A stretch of 64,000 nt of DNA from Octopus vulgaris. Its lineage: Eukaryota. Under the pieces are notes generated by a model. The model saw only the letters and a program-made list of their open reading frames with translations. It did no database searches and was not told where the DNA came from. The position numbers and the translations under genes are program-made. This document shows positions 26,696 through 41,615 of the stretch, piece by piece (within the stretch, counting starts at the first letter, position 1; each line of letters starts with the position of its first letter). The DNA lies in the NCBI GenBank assembly GCA_951406725.2, contig OX597816.1, positions 26,722,001 through 26,786,000 on the forward strand, read 5' to 3'.

Positions 26696-29600
26696 GCCCT
26701 CTCTTTCTCCCCCCCCCCAAAAAAAAAACTCACCAAAGCTTTTTCAACCTTCTTGTCATAATATAGTTACTGCTGAGTTTTCATTCCTTTTCTAAAACAA
26801 TTTTCCCACTGTGCAGCATAGTACCAATGACCAAATATTAAAGATTTAACTTGGATCATGTGAGTAAGTGGCCGTTATCAAATTTCAACACAATATCTGG
26901 AGAGTATTTGACCTGAAAACAATGCAATTGTTTTTCATGTGTGATAACCCAATTACAAACACTATAATGCTTCTATGAATCTCTGCCTTTTTTCCTATCA
27001 AATATCGCCCTTCCTCTACTCATTCTATTCCTTCCTCTCTTCCTTTCTTTCCTTCTCTTCACTTTAGTCCTCTATATCTCTCTTCCACTTACCTTACACT
27101 GATTCTTATTGTCTCTCTTCACCACCACCCCATCCATACCTGTACCATTCCTTTAGTGTGTGCTTTGTTATAACCAGAACTAACTAACAAAAGCAGCATT
27201 CATTTTTTTTAAGTCATTCAATTTTTTTCAACCAATCTATGGACCGTTTGAGTGAACCCATCAATTAGCAAACCTATAATGACTACTGCAAACAGCTGTA
27301 ATTGCTTTGATTTGTGCTTTTGGTACACTAAGATAACAATTTTTTTTTTGTGGTGGGGAGGGTCTTGTTTTTCTTCTGATATCACCATGTAATGAGGTAA
27401 AATAAAAGATTGGGTATTGAGAAAATTTTATTTTCCATTGAAACAAAAATAGCTAGTTCTTTTTGAAAAAATTGGTAGATTTTTCTAATAGAAACAGAAG
27501 GGAATGAAAAATATTTTACTTGCCATGGAAACCAAAATAGTTCTTTTTGAAAAAATTGGTAGATTTTTCTAATAGAAACAGAAGGGAATGAAAAATATTT
27601 TACTTGCCATGGAAACCAAAATAGTTCTTTTTGAAAAAATTGGTAGATTTTCTAATAGAAACAGAAGGGAATGAAAAATATTTTACTTGCCATGGAAACC
27701 AGAATAGTTCTTTTTGAAAAAATTGGTAGATTTTCTAATAGAAACAGAAGGGAATGAAAAATATTTTACTTGCCATGGAAACCAGAATAGTTCTTTTTGA
27801 AAAGATTTTGAGATCTTCCAATAGAAAATGCCCCAAAATTTTAATTCACCAATATTCCTAATGTCTCTTGCTAAAATACTCAAGGCAAAGGGAAGGATTA
27901 TCTGTGCATTCAGCACAATATGCATTTACATTTTTTTTGTTTTTTTATCTGCTTCCTTTTTCTTATTTCGCTGTAACAGCCTACACATCTTTTATTGTTG
28001 TTGTTAAGCAACAAGACGGGTAAGGGTGATTAGGTGATGGTCTAGGGTTTAGGTGCAGGAGATCCCAGACCTTGAGAAAAAAGAAAAACATTGGTCGTCT
28101 TGTAGTCAAGGGTTCTTCATCGACACCTGACACCAATGGGAGATGGCCCTCGAAGTCACTGGAAATGGAGATCTCCAGGTCCAAATTCTTGAACAGCACA
28201 CATCTTTTATGAACTATTCTGTTGGATTTGTCCCTTTCACTGCATCTCTTGAAGTTATGGCAGGTACTAGTACTTGCAGTTCTTGATGTTGCTGGTGGGT
28301 GATTGTCCACAGTACAGGGTGATTCAATAACAGATTTTCTAAACTCTGCAATCTGCACTTTCTTTGGATCATTCTTTCGAAATACCACTAAAACATTTAC
28401 TATGGCTGTGCTGAGCAGGTATTCAAAAGCAATCCTGTGATGATACTATCTGATCCTTTTTCTAAGAGGTGTGAAGTAGCTCGCCATTTGTTCAGAGATA
28501 TCTATTCCCTGTTTCATCGTATTCATCATCATCATCATTTAACGTCCGCTTTCCATGCTAGCATGGGTTGGACGGTTCAACTTGGGTCTGGGAAGCTAGA
28601 AGGCTGCACCAGGCCCAGTCTGATCTGGCAGTGTTTCTACAGCTGGATGCCCTTCCTAACGCCAACCACTCCGTGAGTGTAGTGGGTGCTTTTTACGTGC
28701 CACCGGCACAGAAGCCAGAGCAGGCTGGCAAACGGCCACGATCGGATGGTGCTTTTTACGTGCCACTGGCACAGGAGCCAGATGAGGCTGGCAAACGGCC
28801 ACGATCGGATTGGTGCTTGTTACGTGCCACCGGCTCGGAGGCCAGACGAGGCTAGCAAACGGCCACGATCAGATGGTGCTTTTTACCTGCCACCAGCACG
28901 GAGGCCAGTCAGGGCAGCGCTGGCTACGGCCACATTTGGATGGTTCTCTTATGTAGCTGAGAATTATTTCCAGCTTCTTTACTTCCACATCATTCACTCT
29001 TTGCTTTGTTTCCCTGAAGCTAAGGTCATGTTTCATAGATAACACTAGCAGTATCGCCCGGCGTTGCTCGGGTTTGTAAGGGAAATAACTATATAAGCAT
29101 TTTTAGAGATGTAAAGTATAATAGCCATCTCAATATGGCTAACCACAAAGGGGGGTGTTACTGTAGCTTTTTACGTTTTGAGATTTAATAATACATTTTT
29201 AGAGAGTTACTTCCCTTATATAATAGCCAAAAAATGCATTAAAATGGGAAAAAATTATGGTAAATTTTTTTTAAAATCGTAGACTCATCATAGATGCGCG
29301 CTAATACCCAGAAGGGCTCGATATGAATCACGACTATAAGATACCCGCTTTTGGTTACACTGCACCGCAAAATGTGGGAGTAGTTAGGAATCTAAGTCGT
29401 AGGAGACAGACAGCACACAACCTCACTTTTATATATAAAGATTAGCACATCATGCCTATCCTTCCACTTTGCCGCTACAATTCCATCATTTTGTTACATG
29501 CTAGAAGTACCAGCAGGATGATAAAGATCATCATCATCTGAAGACAGATTACATTGGGAATTATCATCGCCATCTTCGCTGCTGGAACTGCTCAGAATGT

Positions 29601-32600
29601 TTTTTCTTAGAACTATGAAAGAGATTCACTGGTACTCTGCTTTGATCGGTGTTCATTATGGGGTCTGCTGTTTTTGGAATACCTGGTATTGCTAATTTAT
29701 ATTTAGGTTTGCTAATTTAGATTATGCTAGTTTGCAAATTATAGATAATTAATAACCTGAAAAGAAAAAAATAAGGTTTAGTATGTATGTAATAGTTATT
29801 ATATCTCTAAAATTTCCACACAACCCACAGGTAGGTCGTGTGGTATCTAGGATGTAATATGAACTAGGGTACCACACGACCCTCCAGTGGGATGTGGGTG
29901 TCTAATACTACCTATGTGATGGTTGCCTCATGTATGGTATAGTGTAAGAAATATTATGCCGTTCATGTCAAAATTAAGATATCGTATTGGGAGCCTAAGA
30001 TAAAATGTAAAATGAGGCTCAGGAGCCAATGTGTTGAGATAATCTATAGAGTAGGCATGAATATTCCAAAATTGATCAACATGAATGGAAATTGTCGCTG
30101 TGATATCAGTGCTGGTGGCACATAAGAGAACCATCCAAACGTAGCCGTTGCCAGTGCTGCCCAGATTGGCTTCCGTGCCAGTGGCACGTAAAAAGCACCA
30201 TCCGAGCGTGGCCGTTGCCAACTACGCCTGGCCTCCGTGCCGGTGGCACGTAAAAAGCACCATCCGACCGTAGCCGTTTGCCAGACTTGTCTGGCACCTG
30301 TGCAGGTGGCACGTAAAAAGCACCCATTACACTCACGGAGTGGTTGGCGTTAGGAAGGGCATCCAGCCGTAGAAACATTGCCAGATCAGACTGGGCCTGG
30401 TGCAGCCTTCTGGCTTCCCAGACCCCAGTTGCACCGTCCAACCCATGCCAGCATGGAAAGCGGACGCTAAACGATGATGATGATGATCATCATCATCATC
30501 ATCGTTTAACATCTGCTTTCCATTCTAGCATGGGTTGGACGATTTTGACTGAGGGCTGGCTAGCTAGATGGCTGCACCAGGCTCCAATCTTGATCTAGCA
30601 GAGTTTCTACAGCTGGATGCCCTTCCTAACGCCAACCTCATCTGGCAACGTTTCTACAGCTGGATGCCCTTCCTAACACCAACCACTCCATGAGTGTAGT
30701 GGGTGCTTTTTACATGCCACCGGCACAGGGGCCAGTCAGGCAGCACTGGCAACGACCTCGCTCGAATCTTTTTACACGTGCCACCGGCACAGGTGCCAGT
30801 GAAGCGATGTTGTTAACGATCACGCTAATTCTAAAACTATAATTTAAACCTATTGAAACTTGTCACATTTTTGCTCACCATCTTCTTAGACCTACAATGA
30901 AATCAAGTGCCATACCTAGAAGCACTACTTAGATCTGGTAGAGGCTTTTTTCTTTTTTCTTTTTGTCTATTTCCTCCAATGTGACCTCTTGATAACTTGC
31001 ATCAACTGAATCTATGCAGGTTTGAACCCATTTAGAGAAATCTCCTTGTTTACCTCTTTAACAGTGTTATAAGTTGTGTTCTTTGTTTAATCATTACTAT
31101 TACTAACAGTAGAATCTGTCCCCAAATCCTATCCACACAACCAGTTAAGTTCTTTGTGGTTTTGCAATTTACTGTCTTAACTGAATATATCAACATATCT
31201 AACACTGTTAATATAAGGAATGCAACAAAGCTAATCATTATTTACTTTACTTTTTCTTCTAGTTTTACTGCTGAAGATTTGTTTGGACGTATTGAATCAA
31301 AACACTCATTCACAGCTGCAAATGCCTTTAAATATGATGCATGGCATGCTTTAGTTATTACAAGGAACCATCATCCATTGAAATGGTCTGAAGATATATT
31401 TTTAGACTGTATGAAAGTAGCTAGAGAATGGTGAGTTTACTGTTTTCTTTGTAAATATATTCCTTCAAAGGTAAGTTAACCATCAACCAGAATTATGAGT
31501 GCAACACCTTAATCCCTTAGCCGTGCATCCTCAGAACATGATGATGATAATGATAACGGTCTCAAATATTGCCACAAGGCCCACAATTTTAGGGGAGAGT
31601 TAAATCAATTACATTGATCCCAGTGTACAAATGGTACTGAGGAATTGCAACCGTGTTTCGTGGTCTGCTACCACAACAGCTCCTTTATAGGATCCAGTTA
31701 GCTCAAGACATCATCAGGAGGAACCACGTCCGGTTTCGGCCCCTACTCCTCTACCGTTTTCACGTGGCGGGGCCCCCCCCTTTCGGAGGTGTCTTCAGCT
31801 CTGATGTTGGGTGCATGTCTTCTTTCTTCTGTTCCCTGGCCTCTTCGATGTATCGTCAGCGAGTGTCAGCTGGTGACTGACTGACTTGTCAAATTTTTCC
31901 CTTTAAATACCTGCCGCTAGGCTCCAGCAGGCAGCCCATAGAATGAAAGGCAAAGTTGACCTCTGCAGGATTTGAACTTGAAACTTAAAGATGAACGAAA
32001 TGCTGCTATGCATTTTTCCCAGGATTCTGCCAGCTCTCTTACCTTAATAATCATCATCATCATCGTTTAACGTCCGCTTTCCATACTAGCATGGGTTGGA
32101 CGGTTCAACTGGGGTCTGGCAAGCCCGAAGGCTACACCAGGCCAGTCAGATTTGGCAAATGATATTATTATATATAGAAGTGAAGTTCTAACTGAAAACT
32201 GAAATTGCTAGTTTTGGTCAATGTGAAAATGCTGAAAGAACATTGGATCAGAAGATAAACTGTAGTACATTATTTCTCTCCCTCTTATTCATGGATTCAT
32301 TCTTTTGCTTTCTCTCATGAGTTTTCTATATTATATTTATTATTACAGGTATGATAAAGTACATTCAGTAGATATCCGCTACAAATTACCAACGTTATTG
32401 TGGGATCTGCTGCCCCATGCCAGTGCCAGCCAAGTTCATCCACATATGCATATCAATCTACTTCCAGACAGATATTATGGTAAATAGATTTAAATGAGAA
32501 ATTATTTGGTCATAAAGTCAACTGTATCTTCTTTATTTGTGTTCATTTTCCATTCTGATATTCCAGCATAAGTACCCAACTGCATCTCCCGACCACAAAT

Positions 32601-34567
32601 CACATATTCACCACTAAACTGTCTACACCAGTGCTTTTCAAACGTTTTGCTGGAGCGGAACCCCAAGGAAACATTCCACTGGCTCGAGGAACCCCTGTGC
32701 AATAAGTTAATAGTCTTCTGCACACATATCTGCACAGGAGAATTAAAAATTACTGCCGCATTTAGCAGTTTTGTAACTTCTTGTGGAACCCCTGGACCGT
32801 ACTGGCGGAACCCTGGTTGAAAACCACTGGTCTACACCAACAACAAAAGTTGATTATTTCATCAATGACAGAAACTCATAGACCTTGTAATCAACTTCAT
32901 TTTTTTCTTTTGCATTAGGTGGATTAAACAATAATTCTTCTCAGCAGATTATCTATCTGTTGCTTGTTCTATTCCAAAAAAAACATCCCAGCAACTACTC
33001 ACCAGGAAAGAGATAAACTGGGAGGATGTAGAATTAAATAAAATACCTACAGCAGATTCTGATTACTGATTCATGAACTGATGGTCCGTTACCTAGTCTG
33101 TTCAACCATTTCAATTTCACAAAGCCACTTAGAATTGAAATTAAGACATTTTAAACAATTGATGTGTAAATAGATAGGCAGAGGTCACTTTGCTAAGTAG
33201 TGGAGACACATGGCTTAGTGATTAGGGTATTGGACTCACGTCTGCAGGAAACTTGTTTATTTTTGTTAAGACTTTTTTTGCTACCAATTTTTCACAACAG
33301 TGTTAATAATAGTGTAGGAACTACTCATGCAAGAATTTAAAGCAATGTACTATAAAATAAAAATATATTTACTCTTAGTTTGAGATGATGGCACGTAAAA
33401 AGCACCATCCGATTGTGGCCGTTGCCAGCCTCATCTGGCCCCCGTGCCGGTGGCACATAAAAAGCACCCACTACACTCATGGAGTGGTTGGCGTTAGGAA
33501 GGGCATCCAGCTGTAGAAACACTGCCAGATCAAACTGGGCCTGGCGCAGCCTTCTGGCTTCCCAGACCCCAGTTGAACTGTCCAACCCATGCTAGCATGG
33601 AAAACGGACATTAAACGATGATGATCATCATCATCATAAGATCATGGTTTTGATTCCTGGACTGGGCGATGCATTGTGTTCTTGATCAAAACACTTCATT
33701 TCATGTTGCTCCAGTCTACTCAGCTAATCATCATCATCATCATCATCATCATCGTTTAGCGTCCGCTTTCCATGCTAGCATGGGTTGGACGGTTCAACTG
33801 GGGTCTGGGAAGCCAGAAGGCTGCACCAGGCCCAGTTTGATCTGGCAATGTTTCTACGGCTGGATGCCCTTCCTAACGCCAACCACTCCATGAGTGTAGT
33901 GGGTGCTTTTTACGTGCCACCGGCACAGGTGCCAGATGAGTCTGGCAAACAACCACGATCGGATGGTGCTTTTTATGTGCCACCGGCACGAGGCCAGTCG
34001 GGGTAGCACTGGCAACGGCCACGAATGGATGGTGCTTTTTACTGAATAATCCTGTGATGGACTTGTGTCCTATCTAGGGAGGAATATATACACCAAAGAA
34101 ACCAGGAAACTAGCCCTTTGCTGCTTATGAAGCAATGTGGACTAACCACTTTGCTAAGAACATAATAAAAGAAAAGGAAGAGTAGACTTGTTATATAAAC
34201 TTAGGAGGATTTTTGAAAAAGCAAAAAACTGCTAATATGATAACTGTGAGAACAGCATTTGACCACATTCTCTAAGCCAGCAACAGAAGCTGTGTTGTTT
34301 GCAAAAAGATTAAAATATAGGTCATCTCAAACCTAGATATGTAATTCTTCTTTCTTTCTTTTCTTTTCTTTTACTTGTTTCAGTCATTTGACTGTGGCCA
34401 TGCTGGAGCACCACCTTTAATCGAGCAACTTGACCCCGGGACTTATTCTTTTGTAAGCCCAGTACTTATTCTATCGGTCTCTTTTGCCGAACCGCTAAGT
34501 AATGGGGACATAAACACACCAGCATCGGTTGTCAAGCAATGCTAGGGGGACAAACACAGACACACAA

Positions 34568-34620
<53 letters not shown>

Positions 34621-37600
34621 TACGACAGGCTTCTTTCAGTTTCCGTCTACCAAATCCACTCACAAGGCTTTGGTCACCCCGGGGCTATAGTAGAAGACAC
34701 TTGCCCAAGGTGCCACACAGTGGGACTGAACCCGGAACCATGTGGTTGGTAAACAAGCTACTTACCACACAGCCACTCCTGCGCCTATGTGCATTTATAA
34801 CTACTAACTAGTCATTTATAACTACTAACTACCTGGCTTAATATTATTTCAACATCACACTAGAACAAGGCATGGTATATTTGGAACAATGGAATTAGTC
34901 ATTTGAGAACTCCCTGCATGCCATAGATTTGCTAGCAACCAGAACTGACCTTTACTGCGATATCCTTTTAATGTCTCTCCTATCATTTCCTTACAGGGGT
35001 TATAGAAAACTGGCGCATTGCAGCTGAACACTTCAGTAATGATTATCCAGACAGAAACTATTTCTCAGAAGTACTCTACATCCATTCAATGTTAGACTTG
35101 GCTTTCCATTATAAAACTGCTGCTGCATTTGCTAATATTGTGAGTATCTTTGCATTTCTCTTCTTGGATCTTTTCGGTTTGAACGGCAGTTTTTTCTAGC
35201 GGTGTCATATGAAATTGTCACCCATAATTATGACCCTAGTATCGATCTATTGCATTTCAATCTGTTTTAAGGTTAGGGTTACTTAGGGTTAGGGTTAAGG
35301 GTGGGGGGAAGGGTATCTTTTTTTCTTCACAAATGTAAATAAACTCAATCTGTTTCTTAAACGAGAGACATATTCATACGGCACAGAATTTTTTTTTTTT
35401 ACCTCAATAGACGTCATTGATTGGTTGAAATTGCAGAGATTGAAGAAAAAAACAACAACAAATATCTTACAAACTATAGAATTTTCTCAATAAAACCAAG
35501 AGAAAAAGATGTTTTATAAACACATTCTACCAGTATACGAAGTTTAAAATTTTTTAGTTACCTAGAAATTATGTTAAAAACTGCTGTTCAAACCGAAAAG
35601 ATCCCTCTTCTTTTTTTATTCTTTTTAGAATTTCTCCTTTTTTTGTGTGTTTTTCTTTTCTTGGTTTTAATATCAGTGCTATTCAGATCTGTTCAGTTGT
35701 CATTATGGACCCAAAGAAATGCAGTCTATGTTGCTGAAACAACAAATTGTAGAAGTGAATTAATCTATTACAAATGACAATGAAAGGGCTGGAACAAATA
35801 CCACAAGACATTTTATCTCTACCAATTCTGCCAATCCACTGTTATAATATATAATAATAATTATAAAATAATATATAATAATAATTTCTGATTCTGGTGG
35901 TACGTAAAAAGCACTATCCGAATCGTGGCCAATGCCAGCGCCGCCTCGACTGGCTTCCGTGCTGGTGGCACATAAAATGCACCAATCCGACCATGGCCGT
36001 TGCCAGCCTCACCTGGCACCTGTGCGGGTGGCACGTAAAAAACACCCACTACACTCACGGAGTGGTTGGCATTAGGAAGGGCATCCAGCTGTAGAAACAT
36101 TGCCAGATAAGACTGGAGCCTGGTGCAGCCTTCTGGCTTCCCAGATCCCCGGTCGAACCGTCCAACCCATGCTAGCATGGAGAACGGACGTTAAACGATG
36201 ATGATGATGATGAATGAAGCATATAGTTCATTATGACTACTTATATGAATACCCTTGAGAGATGAAGACAAAGTCCATCCTTGCCCACGTTCTTCTATAG
36301 ATGTTAAGGTTAAACATCAACTGAATCAGTCTCTGAAAGGCCTGCAATGGTCATAGGCACTACCTCTCTTCTAACTTATTAAAAGAAAGCAAAAGCACAA
36401 GATCATATATAAATAAAATAATGATAATAATGATATTATTGTATACAGTGTTCAGGTGCACCACAACTTGTCAAAAAGTGCATATAATGTACAAATGTCT
36501 GGAAAGCGAATAATGTATGAGTCAGATACATGCTTGCGTGTGTATGGAGGGGAGAAAATCAGGTATAGTGTTGGCGAATCTCAGGAAGCATGGAAGTTTT
36601 GAAGGATGCAGTGCTCCGACAACTAACAACTGATGCCGGCAGCTTGCTTCAGCATCTCTTAGTGTGAAAAATGTTTCCAAAAGTCATGGGAGTTGTGCTG
36701 TTTTCTGATTTTGTAAATATGTCCACCAGTGTTAGACAGGTGGAGTTTGAAAAGGTGCTCAGAGTTATTGTTTGTAAGATGGTTAATAATATTATGGGTA
36801 TCTGCCAAGTCAGCTGCTAGATGTCGGAGTTTCAATGTGTCCATGCTCAGGGAAGTAAGGCATTCAGAATATGGCAAATGCCTGATTGAGGGTATTCTTT
36901 TGGTTGCACGCCACTGAACGGCTTCCAAACAATTAATATCCTGGGCAAGATAGGGGTTCCAGACCGGAATTTAGAGTAGTTTATATTTTGTGACATAGAA
37001 ACTTTTCTCAAGGGCTTTAGTGGCATAAATGAAAGGATATGGTTTTTATTTTATATTATTTGTTAAATACAACTGAAAGAAATTCTGTTTAATGTCCAAG
37101 GTTATTTTATTTTGTTTTTCATTTGTCTTGTTTAATTTTCATTTAGACACCAAAGAAAGATAATGAAATTGTTGTTCTTGGTGAAGCTCCCAACGATGAT
37201 TTTTTTAAACTTTTGTACTATGTACTAAGAGGTAAACAGCTTTATTTTATTAAATGTCTAAGTGTTTGAAATGAACTATTAATAAGATTATTATTTTTTT
37301 TTTTTGGACTATTCGTCTCATTTTTAGAGATGAAACACTTTTCTGTATATATATATATCTACATTGTTTTTGTTGATTTGATCTTATTTCCATTTGGTGC
37401 CTTATTTTTGGCAGTCTACATAGTACCAGACTGCTTTATTTCATTTGTTCCTTTTTTAACCCTAATTTATTCTTAAGAGAATAGTCTGAGATTTATTGCT
37501 GTAAGCCTTTGTGAGGTCCAACTTCCTGAAATCAGTCCCTACCACTTCATCCCGTGTCTTCCTAGGGTTTCCCTCTTCCATGGGTACCATCCACTTTCAG

Positions 37601-39275
37601 TGATCGGCACTTCTTTATGCAGCTGTCCTCATTCATAAGCATCACATGTCCAAACCAACATTGTCTTCTCTCTTGCATGCTACATTTGATTCCTCTTATG
37701 CCCAACTTTTCTCTCAGTATATTTGCACTTTATCGTATATGTGCACTGATGTTGCACATCCAACAGAGCATACTACCTTCGTTTCTCTCCAGTCTATGCA
37801 TTTCTTCAGCATTCAGATCCCATGTCTCACTACCATGGAGAATAACCATTCATACACAAGCATCATTCAGTCTACCTTTCATTCTGAGAGAGAGTCCTTT
37901 TGTTGCCAACAGAGGTAATAGCTCTCTGAACTTCCTCCACCCTAATCTTATTCTAGAAACAATACTTTCAGAGCATCCTCCACCATTGCTAATTTGGTCA
38001 TGTAGGTAACAGAAACTATCTACAATCTTAAGAGAGCCTCCTGGGCATTTGAGAGAATCTAATTCCTGTGTGCTCTTAGTGCTTATTGTTCCTGCACATC
38101 TGCCACATACAAAGACTACTCTACCTGTTAATCTACCTGTATTACCACTGCATCTCTTATGCGTCCATAGTTTACACTGGGTGCAGCAGAGGGAATTTCT
38201 TCCAAGTCCTTTCCTACGTATGGAGCAGGGCCATTTACCTGACTGAAAAAAAAGTTTTATCTTCTTACTAACAACCATTTTTGTCTTAGCTAGGTTAATT
38301 TTAAGGCCCTTTGATTCCAGGTTTTGTTTCCATACCTGGAATTTCTTCTCCAATTCTGCTAAAGATTCTGCAATAAGAGCAAGGTCATCAGCATATAGTA
38401 GTTCCCACAGGCACCCAGTTTTGAATTCCTCTGTTATAGCCTGGAGGACTATAATGAATAAGAGTGGGCTGAGAACTGAGCACTGGTGAACCCCTACCTG
38501 AATGCTAAATTCATCACTGTATTCATGGCCGACTCTCACCTTACTGACAACACCAGTGTACATGGCTTGGACAGCTCTAACAAGCCAATCCTCTACTCTT
38601 AACTTCCATAGAGACCACCATATAAAAGAGCGGGGAACCCTGTTGAAAGCTTTCTCCAGGTTGATGAAGGCTAAGTACAATGGCTTACTTTTGCAAGAAT
38701 TTTTCCTGCAGCTATTTCACTAGGAAGATGGCATCTGTGGTACTCTTTCCAAGCACAAAACCGAACTGTATCTCATCTAGTTTAATTCTCTTTCTAATCA
38801 ATTGAGTTATAACCTTCTCAGTAATTTTCATGACCTGGTCTATATATATATATATATATATATTTATAAATAAATTATATTAGAGATAAAACCACTATTA
38901 GGCAACTCAAACAGTGATAGACATAAACCAAAACATAAAAAACAAAAAATAAATATAATTAATATAATATACAATATATATATAAAATTTAAAATTTAAA
39001 TTATTAAAATTTAAAATTTTTTAATTTATATTTATAAATTTTTAAATTTTTAAATTTTACATATTTAAATTTTTAAATTTTACATATATATATTGTATAT
39101 TATATTAATTATATTTATTTTTTGTTTTTTATGTTTTGGTTTATGTCTATCACTGTTTGAGTTGCCTAATAGTGGTTTTATCTCTAATTTAATTTATATT
39201 TATACTGTGAAATTTGATTTAATCCTAAATCTAATTTTTCCCTGTAACTTTGGATATACTCCCTAATATTATTAT

Positions 39276-39322
<47 letters not shown>

Positions 39323-41584
39323 GGCTTTGTGTCTGTGTTTGTGCCCCACCTCCACTTGATAACCAGTGTTGGTGTGTTTACATTCACTAACTTAGTTCAG
39401 TAAAAAAGGTCAATTTAAAAGAAAGTACCAGGCATAAAAAAGAAAGAATTAGTATCAATTTGTTCAGTTAAAATTCTTCAAGGCATGACCCAGTGTGGTC
39501 GCAGTCTGATGACTGAAAAAGATAAAAGAACCACTAAATTCTTTAGTAAAACTTTAAGCTAAGGGTGGTGTTATGACATAGCTATGCATCTGGTATAAAA
39601 TGATATTACACAAATAAATAGTTGGTTGTGGTTATCTAAAAATAGCCTATCACAGAAATATATGTTGACACAGAATGCACTCCATACTACTTGAACATAG
39701 GTACAATACTCAGTATTCACTGTTCAACTTCTGACTGTTAAACCAACACACATTGAACTAACGTGGTTAACTAACATATTCGAAGTAACACCATCAACTA
39801 CACCCTGACAGTTCACTCTTATTTATTGTATTTAGTTAGTCCACCTTTAGTCACATGGGGGTGTTCAGGTTTCTCCCATAACAGGCAGTAACTTTTGTTC
39901 ACCTATCTCAGTGATATTATGGTGCTGAAACCTCTAATGGTCACTTTAACTGCCAGAAATGCTTTTAACCCTTTCGTTACTGTATTTATTTTGAGATTCT
40001 CTGTGTTTCTTTCAATTACTTTAAATATAACAAAGAATTTAGTAAAATAACTTAGTTATCATTCTGCTAGTGTTAGAAACATAAATTGTGACTAAGGTTC
40101 AGTGGAAGGTTTTTATTTAAAACTTATGAAAACAAGACATTTGTACTCAGAACCAGAGCCGGTTTCAGCTGGGTTTGTAACAAAAAGGTTGAGTCAGATC
40201 ATAATGCTGGATGTTCAAGAAGCAAATGAAGGGCAGGTTTTCAATCCCGGGATTATCCTGATTCCAAGAAGGTATAATATGTCTGTCTAGAGCAAATGTG
40301 GACTGAGGTACAGAGGTCCCAGACAGACAGACAATTACACTTTTATTAATATAGATACACACATACACATGTATACATGCACATACATACATATACTCTT
40401 TACTCTTTTACTTGTTTCAGTCATTTGACTGTAGCCATGCTGGAGCACCGCCTTTAGTCGAACGAATCGACCCCAGGACTTATTCTTTGTAATCCTAGTA
40501 CTTATTCTATCGGTCTATTTTGCCGAACCGCTAAGTTACGGGGACATAAACACACCAGCATCGGTTGTCAAGCGATGTTGGGGGGACAAAAACAGACACA
40601 CAGACATACACACACATACATATATATGATGGGCTTCTTTCAGTTTCTGTCTACCAAATCCACTCACAAGGCTTTGGTCAGCCCGAGGCTACAGTAGAAG
40701 ACACTTGCCCTAGGTGCCACGCGGTGGGACTGAACCCGGAACCATGCGGTTCGCAAGCAAGCTCCTTACCACACAGCCACTCTTACGCCTATGTTTATTT
40801 CACTTCCAAAAAATAGTAGTTAAATCTCCATTGAATCACACCTGGCATCTTTAAAAAATATGACACATTATATAAGGGGGGGGGAAGCACTCCGTCGGTA
40901 ACGACGATGAGGGTTCCGGTTGATCCGAATCAACGGAACAGCCTGCTCGTGAAATTAACGTGTAAGTGGCTGAGCACTCCACAGACACGTGTACCTTTAA
41001 CGTAGTTCTCGGGGATATTCAGCGTGACACAGAGAGTGACAAGGCCGGCCCTTTGAAATACAGGCACAACAGAAACAGGAAGTAAGAGTGAGAGAAAGTT
41101 GTGGTGAAAGAGTACATCAGGGATCACCACCATCCCCTGCCGGAGCCTCGTGGAGCTTTAGGTGTTTTCGCTCAATAAACACTCACAACGCCCGGTCTGG
41201 GAATCGAAACCACGATCCTACGACCGCAAGTCCGCTGCCCTAACCACTGGGCCATTGCGCCTCCACACATTAGATAAGAAGGTTATTACAACTGGAATGT
41301 TTCTGCTTGTAGATATGCTTCAGGTAACAAAATAGGTTAATTTCATACTCAGTAGATTGTGATTAAGAATTTCCTTCCTACTTTCAAAACATTCAACTGA
41401 GCCTTGTATTCTCTTTTTCCAGCTTATATTGATGACATGGAAAAACTTTGTTTTAGTATGGCTATTGCATTTCCAAGTATTGTAAGTATCACATTTACCA
41501 TTTTGAATTGAATCTGTGTGTATGGAGAAGGGCGTGTCTTAAATGTCGGTGTTGAAACTAGAATTATTGCAAACACAGACACAC

Positions 41585-41615
<31 letters not shown>

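Noticed and set aside
27454-27803. Regular repeat array as possible CRISPR
   Set aside because: Head-to-tail identical units with no unique spacers
31640-31935. GC-richer insert with CTGATGA, CTGAAGA and GAAA motifs on the minus strand as a hammerhead
   Set aside because: Could not assemble consistent stems I-III around any core; probably a TE fragment
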